Assembly: GCA_038248345.1 (NCBI GenBank)
Contig: JBBRXO010000040.1
Span: 1-22,972 of the forward strand
Length of the DNA: 22,972 nt
Reading direction: 5' to 3'
From: Armatimonadota bacterium
GTDB lineage: Bacteria > Armatimonadota > Hebobacteria > CAIYQO01
In this document: positions 18,923 through 22,972 of the stretch, in pieces
How positions within the stretch are numbered: the first letter of the stretch is position 1
Layout of the letters: every line of letters begins with the position of its first letter
The notes under the pieces: model-generated
Database searches by the model: none
Told to the model about the DNA's origin: nothing
What the model saw: the letters and a program-made list of their open reading frames with translations, nothing else
Made by a program: the position numbers and the translations under genes

Positions 18923-20875
18923 CTAGCCTTCGATTTTCAAAATCTCCCCGCATATCTCTTCCCAGTGTTCAAAGGCTTGCCGTAGTTCCGCTTGTTTTGC
19001 TTCATGGTCAGCGGTGACTTTCATCACTTTTTTGGTATTAAGGTACAGGGTCGAATCAGCCAGCTGCGCTTCTAACTCGGCTACTTTTTGTTCCAGGAGT
19101 GCTATTTGCTCTTCTGAGTCGTGTCTTTTGCGTTGCCAGTATTGCAGGTTGTGCTTGGGCTTCGCCTTCGGCGGTGCGACTGGCGCTGGTGGGGCGACGG
19201 TTACGTGGGCAGACGTTTTGTGCTTTACCGGGTTTATGGGAGCAGGCGGCGGCGGTGGGTCAGGTTGCGCCAGCTTTACCATATATTCGCTGTAGTTGCC
19301 GTTGTAGCTGCGTATTTTTCCCTCGTGCAGTTCCAGCACGCGGTTGCAGACGCGGTCAATAAAGTAGCGGTCATGTGAGACCATCAACACGGTGCCGGGG
19401 TAATCTGTCAGCGCTGATTCCAGCGATTCTTTGCCGTCGATATCCAGGTGGTTAGTCGGCTCGTCCAGAATCAGCAGATTAGCGCCGGAGAGGAACATCT
19501 TCGTCAGCGAAACGCGGCTGCGCTCGCCGCCGGAGAGCGTGCCCACCATACGCGTGACATCTTCCTCAAAGAGCAAAAAGCGCGCCAATGCGCCGCGTAT
19601 TTCACTCTGGGAAAGGTGGGGGTTGATGGTCGCCACCTCTTCTAATACGGTATTGCGGACATCCAGATTACGCCCTTCCTGGTCATAGTAGTACCAGTCT
19701 ACGTGGTGACCGAAGAGCGATTTGCCGCCATCCGCCTTCATCTCTTCCACTAGTACCCGCAACAGCGTCGTCTTGCCGCTGCCATTTGGCCCCAGCAGCG
19801 CAGCGCGCTCTTTGCGCCAGAGGGTGAAGGTGATATCATCCAGTAGCGGTTTGTCGAAACGCTTTTTCAGCCGATCTACCGTCAGCACCTCGCGCCCACT
19901 GTTTTTGCTGGGCTTGAAGACCATGCGGGTTTTGTCTACCATCCCCGGCAGGGTGACCTGCTGTAACTTGTAGAGTTGCTTCTGCATACTACGCATACGC
20001 GTGTACTGCCGGAAGCTGAAGAGTTTCTGGATGATCGCCTCCAGGCGTATCTTTTCGCGGGCGATGGTGTCGCTCCGCTTGAGCATCATCTCGTTCTCCG
20101 CCTGTTTCTTCTCCTGATAAGCGGTGTAATTGCCGTCGAATTGGCGCAGGTGTGTATCTTCTATCTCGGCGATATGGTTGCAGACACGGTCAAGCAGGAA
20201 GCGGTCATGCGAGACGATGAGCACTGCTCCGCGGTAACCATTGAGGTAATCCTCCAGCCAGTTGATCGCCGCCAGATCCAGGTGGTTCGTCGGCTCATCG
20301 AGAAGCATTAGATCCGGGGCGGTGAGGAGCAACTTCGCCAACGCCAGTCTGCGCTTCTGGCCGCCGCTCAGCACCATTACCTCGAAGTCGTCCATCACCT
20401 CCGGCATCCCCAGCCCGCGTAGTATCCGCTTGGCGTCATTCTCCAACGTGTCGCCGCCCAGGTGGTGAAACTCCTCCGCCAGCCGTGCGTGTTCGTGCAG
20501 CAATCGGTCAAAGGCGTCGTAATCCTCATGCGCTGCGGGGGCGGACATCGCCGTCTCCAGCTCGTGCATGCGTGCTTCGATCTCGACGATGTCGCTTCGT
20601 GAAGCCAGCAACTCCGCCAAAACCGTGCCGCCAACGAGGATTTCCGCCTCCTGCTCCAGATAGCCCACACGCACCCCGCGCGGCACCGACACCAGCCCGG
20701 TATCGGCGTGTTGCTCCCCGGTGATGATGCGGAAAAGCGTGGATTTACCCGCCCCATTGGGGCCAATTAACCCAAACCGCTCCCCCTCGCGAACCTGAAA
20801 ACCAACCTCGTTGAGAATCTCTTCCTCGCCGAAAGCTTTAGAAACATTTTGAACTTGCAGAAAAACTATAGCCAT
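18923..20875 (-). CDS. ABC-F family ribosome-associated ATPase with C-terminal coiled-coil domain
   Basis: Two ABC domains (GPNGAGKST/LSGGQ/LLDEPTNHLD and GPNGSGKTT/LSGGE/ILDEPTNHLD), no TM segments, GNY linker. Start set at ATG 20875. Confidence 0.93.
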   Translation of the reverse strand: MAIVFLQVQNVSKAFGEEEILNEVGFQVREGERFGLIGPNGAGKSTLFRIITGEQHADTGLVSVPRGVRVGYLEQEAEILVGGTVLAELLASRSDIVEIEARMHELETAMSAPAAHEDYDAFDRLLHEHARLAEEFHHLGGDTLENDAKRILRGLGMPEVMDDFEVMVLSGGQKRRLALAKLLLTAPDLMLLDEPTNHLDLAAINWLEDYLNGYRGAVLIVSHDRFLLDRVCNHIAEIEDTHLRQFDGNYTAYQEKKQAENEMMLKRSDTIAREKIRLEAIIQKLFSFRQYTRMRSMQKQLYKLQQVTLPGMVDKTRMVFKPSKNSGREVLTVDRLKKRFDKPLLDDITFTLWRKERAALLGPNGSGKTTLLRVLVEEMKADGGKSLFGHHVDWYYYDQEGRNLDVRNTVLEEVATINPHLSQSEIRGALARFLLFEEDVTRMVGTLSGGERSRVSLTKMFLSGANLLILDEPTNHLDIDGKESLESALTDYPGTVLMVSHDRYFIDRVCNRVLELHEGKIRSYNGNYSEYMVKLAQPDPPPPPAPINPVKHKTSAHVTVAPPAPVAPPKAKPKHNLQYWQRKRHDSEEQIALLEQKVAELEAQLADSTLYLNTKKVMKVTADHEAKQAELRQAFEHWEEICGEILKIEG

Positions 20876-21027
20876 ATTATGCGTAATTATACCTGATTTT
20901 GCCCCAAACGTCGCGCAGGGGGTGTAGCTTGTACCGCTATGGTACAACTTCCATCAGTGTAATAATTAACACAGAGGGCACAGAGGGCAAAGAGAAGGGG
21001 TAGGCGGGATGAATACTGGGAACTTTT

Positions 21028-21188
21028 TGCCCGAACCGTGATTCGCATGATAAGAGGATTATCTCTGACCTATTTGTCTACACTGTTGGATAGCTTCTTC
21101 CGTTGAACGTTGAACAAAAATCGCTATCCAACAGCAGAGGCATTACCTTCAACCTAATCCTCTAATCATGCGAATCAAGGTTCGGGCA
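21028..21188. repeat. Nested inverted-repeat element (34-bp outer arms, 12-bp inner arms)
   Basis: 21028-21061 and 21155-21188 are reverse complements at 32 of 34 positions; CTGTTGGATAGC (21083-21094) and GCTATCCAACAG (21123-21134) pair perfectly. Confidence 0.9.
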
Positions 21189-21192
21189 GTAA

Positions 21193-21384
21193 TTACGGTC
21201 CTGGCGAGAGGCTAACGCAACGGAACCCGACGTAGAAGTAGCAGTCAGGGATGTAGCTTGGCAATATCCGCGCCGTCTTTCGGGCTGACGCTGACGCGCA
21301 CACCGCCGTCCTTGTCTATCGTAAGGTCATCTCTATTTGTCTCAATTCAGCAAACCCCGTCTAAATGACGTTTACCACATTCAT
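21193..21384 (-). pseudogene. Collapsed remnant of an FGE/SUMF1-family (CLec-fold) gene
   Basis: SD-like AAGGGGG and ATG 21384, with two TAG stops in frame; ends SYIPDCYFYVGFRCVSLSPGP*. A second frame just upstream reads VSPKDGAD, similar to the NPKDGA(E)MV entry motif I recall for such domains. Confidence 0.6.
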
Positions 21385-21533
21385 AATAACCCCCTTATTT
21401 TAATCAGTCAATGGCGTTGTAGCTATAAGTTTAGTCCACAATCTGACACGTGACTAGCGACAAGCGACTATCGTTTCCTTGCCACCCCACCGCCAATCAC
21501 GGTACAATTACCCCGAAGGACACAGTTTTTACT

Positions 21534-22676
21534 ATGAATAAATCGGATGTCATTGTCATCGGGGCGGGGATTGCCGGGCTGGGGATTGCGCGTGAGCTGG
21601 CGCTGCGGGGGGTGAAGGTTACCCTGTTGGAGCGAGGGGTGCCGGGGCAGGAGGCTTCGTGGGCGTCGGCGGGGATGCTGGCGCCGCAGGGGGAGTTGAG
21701 CGAGGGCGATTTCCTGAAATTGTGCCTGGCTTCCAATGCGCTCTACCCCGCATTCCGCGAGAAGCTAGAGGAGGAAACGGGGCTACGCACCTACCACCGC
21801 GATGCCGCCACGCTGGCGATTGCTGTTACCGAGGAGGATGAGCGTGAGTTTCGCCACACCTATGAGGGGCAGCGCGCCGAGGGGCTGCAGGTGGAGTGGC
21901 TGAGCGGCGACGAGGCACGAAAGCTGGAACCCGCCTTGAGCGAGAAGGTGCGCGGGGGGATGTTCCTGCCCGGCGACAAGCATATCGAGAACCGGCTGCT
22001 GGTGCCAGCGCTGGAGCAGAGTTGCCATGAGCTGGGCGTGACAATCGTGCCGGGCGCGCACGTATACACCGTCATCACCACCGCCGGCGCGGTCACCGGC
22101 GTGGAGACGATCCTTGGCACTTATCATGCGGACATAGTCATCAACGCCGCCGGTGCTTGGTCGGCGAATATCGGCGTGCCGGATGAATCGCTGCGCCCGC
22201 CGGTCTTCCCGGTGCGCGGGCAGATGCTCGCCATCACGTTGCCGCGCCCCGGCTTCATCGGGCGCACGGTGCGCTCGCCGCGCAGCTACCTGATACCCAG
22301 GCACAACGCGCGCCTCTTCCTGGGGGCCACCATGGAGCAGGTGGGCTACGACAAACGCAATACCATCTGGGCCATCAACCGCCTGCTCAACGGGGCGCTG
22401 GAGCTTTTCCCCGAGTTGGAACAGAGCGCCATCGTCGAGATGTGGGCGGGCTTGCGCCCGGGCAGCAAGGACAACCACCCGGTGCTGGGAAGCACCAGCC
22501 TGCCCGGCTACATACTGGCCACCGGCCTCTTCCGCAACGGCCTGCTCCTCGGCCCGATTATCGCGCAAACAATAGCCGACCTGGTGACCACCGGCAACGA
22601 AGACGCGCTGCTCAAGCCCTTTAATATCAGCCGCTTCCGGGGAGAAGTGGCGATGGGGAAGGTGCCGGGAGCGTAG
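21534..22676 (+). CDS. thiO: Glycine oxidase ThiO-like FAD-dependent oxidoreductase
   Basis: VIVIGAGIAG, EASWASAGMLAP, AAGAWS, PVRGQM, YLIPR, WAGLRP, FRNGLLLGP. Start reassigned to ATG 21534. Confidence 0.85.
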   Translation: MNKSDVIVIGAGIAGLGIARELALRGVKVTLLERGVPGQEASWASAGMLAPQGELSEGDFLKLCLASNALYPAFREKLEEETGLRTYHRDAATLAIAVTEEDEREFRHTYEGQRAEGLQVEWLSGDEARKLEPALSEKVRGGMFLPGDKHIENRLLVPALEQSCHELGVTIVPGAHVYTVITTAGAVTGVETILGTYHADIVINAAGAWSANIGVPDESLRPPVFPVRGQMLAITLPRPGFIGRTVRSPRSYLIPRHNARLFLGATMEQVGYDKRNTIWAINRLLNGALELFPELEQSAIVEMWAGLRPGSKDNHPVLGSTSLPGYILATGLFRNGLLLGPIIAQTIADLVTTGNEDALLKPFNISRFRGEVAMGKVPGA

Positions 22677-22784
22677 CATAGTTCCAAGTTCCAAGTATGA
22701 TAATCAGATACATGGAACCCGTTTTGTTGCGTCTATCGCCCAATTCGGCTAAACTATTCTTATATTATGGTGGAGGTGAGCGTT

Positions 22785-22972
22785 TTGCGGAGTGCTACAC
22801 TGGAACGGAAGACAGCGGAGACGGATATTCGGCTATCTATAAATTTGGATGGTTCGGGTACCGCTGACGTGGCTACGGGAATTGGTTTTCTCGATCACAT
22901 GCTCACACTCTTTGCCAAGCATAGCGGCAGTGACCTGACGGTGGTAGCCAGCGGTGATACTGTCGTAGATGA
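22785..22972 (+). CDS. hisB: Imidazoleglycerol-phosphate dehydratase, 5' part (runs off the window)
   Basis: SD GGAGGTG and TTG start; [24 protein letters not shown]...[20 protein letters not shown]...GD..VD. Not in the ORF track. Confidence 0.93.
   Translation, partial: MRSATLERKTAETDIRLSINLDGSGTADVATGIGFLDHMLTLFAKHSGSDLTVVASGDTVVD

Noticed and set aside
21028..21384. A complete DGR cassette in this window
   Set aside because: No reverse transcriptase, Avd-like gene or AAC-rich template repeat is visible; only a VR-like fragment is present.
21190..21533. TPP riboswitch upstream of thiO
   Set aside because: The conserved CTGAGA and ACCTGA elements are not present in a suitable arrangement; the sequence is better explained as a minus-strand gene remnant.
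21783..22694. Long antisense ORFs (303 aa here; also 6231..6971, 7772..8407, 16255..16848, 17315..17869)
   Set aside because: Shadows of well-supported genes on the opposite strand, with no recognisable motifs.

Overview
Mostly housekeeping and envelope genes from a diderm bacterium; protein styles suggest Armatimonadota, which is an unverified impression. In order: the 3' part of a NotI-family restriction endonuclease, apparently broken at about nt 58 by what may be an IS end, and its Dam-like methyltransferase; a GspG-like pseudopilin; an AsmA/TamB-like protein; a secreted serpin; tRNA-Gln; comEA; a tRNA-Gly/tRNA-Cys pair; a split transketolase; a second pilin-like gene; an O-antigen-ligase-family gene with one in-frame stop; a putative three-gene unit of two Pro-rich secreted proteins plus a CtpA/S41 protease with a CPVC insert in its PDZ domain; a cold-shock protein; DUF1638; a GT9 heptosyltransferase; manA; an ABC-F ATPase; a ThiO-like glycine oxidase; and the start of hisB. 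The most interesting signal is not in the ORF track. The 21.0-21.4 kb intergenic region holds a collapsed remnant of an FGE/CLec-type gene ending in GFRCVSLSPGP*. That motif is preceded by a run of NNC codons, as expected for a diversity-generating-retroelement variable region, and followed 4 nt later by a 161-nt nested inverted repeat. No complete novel system is demonstrated. All calls are from motif recognition by eye; no searches were run.
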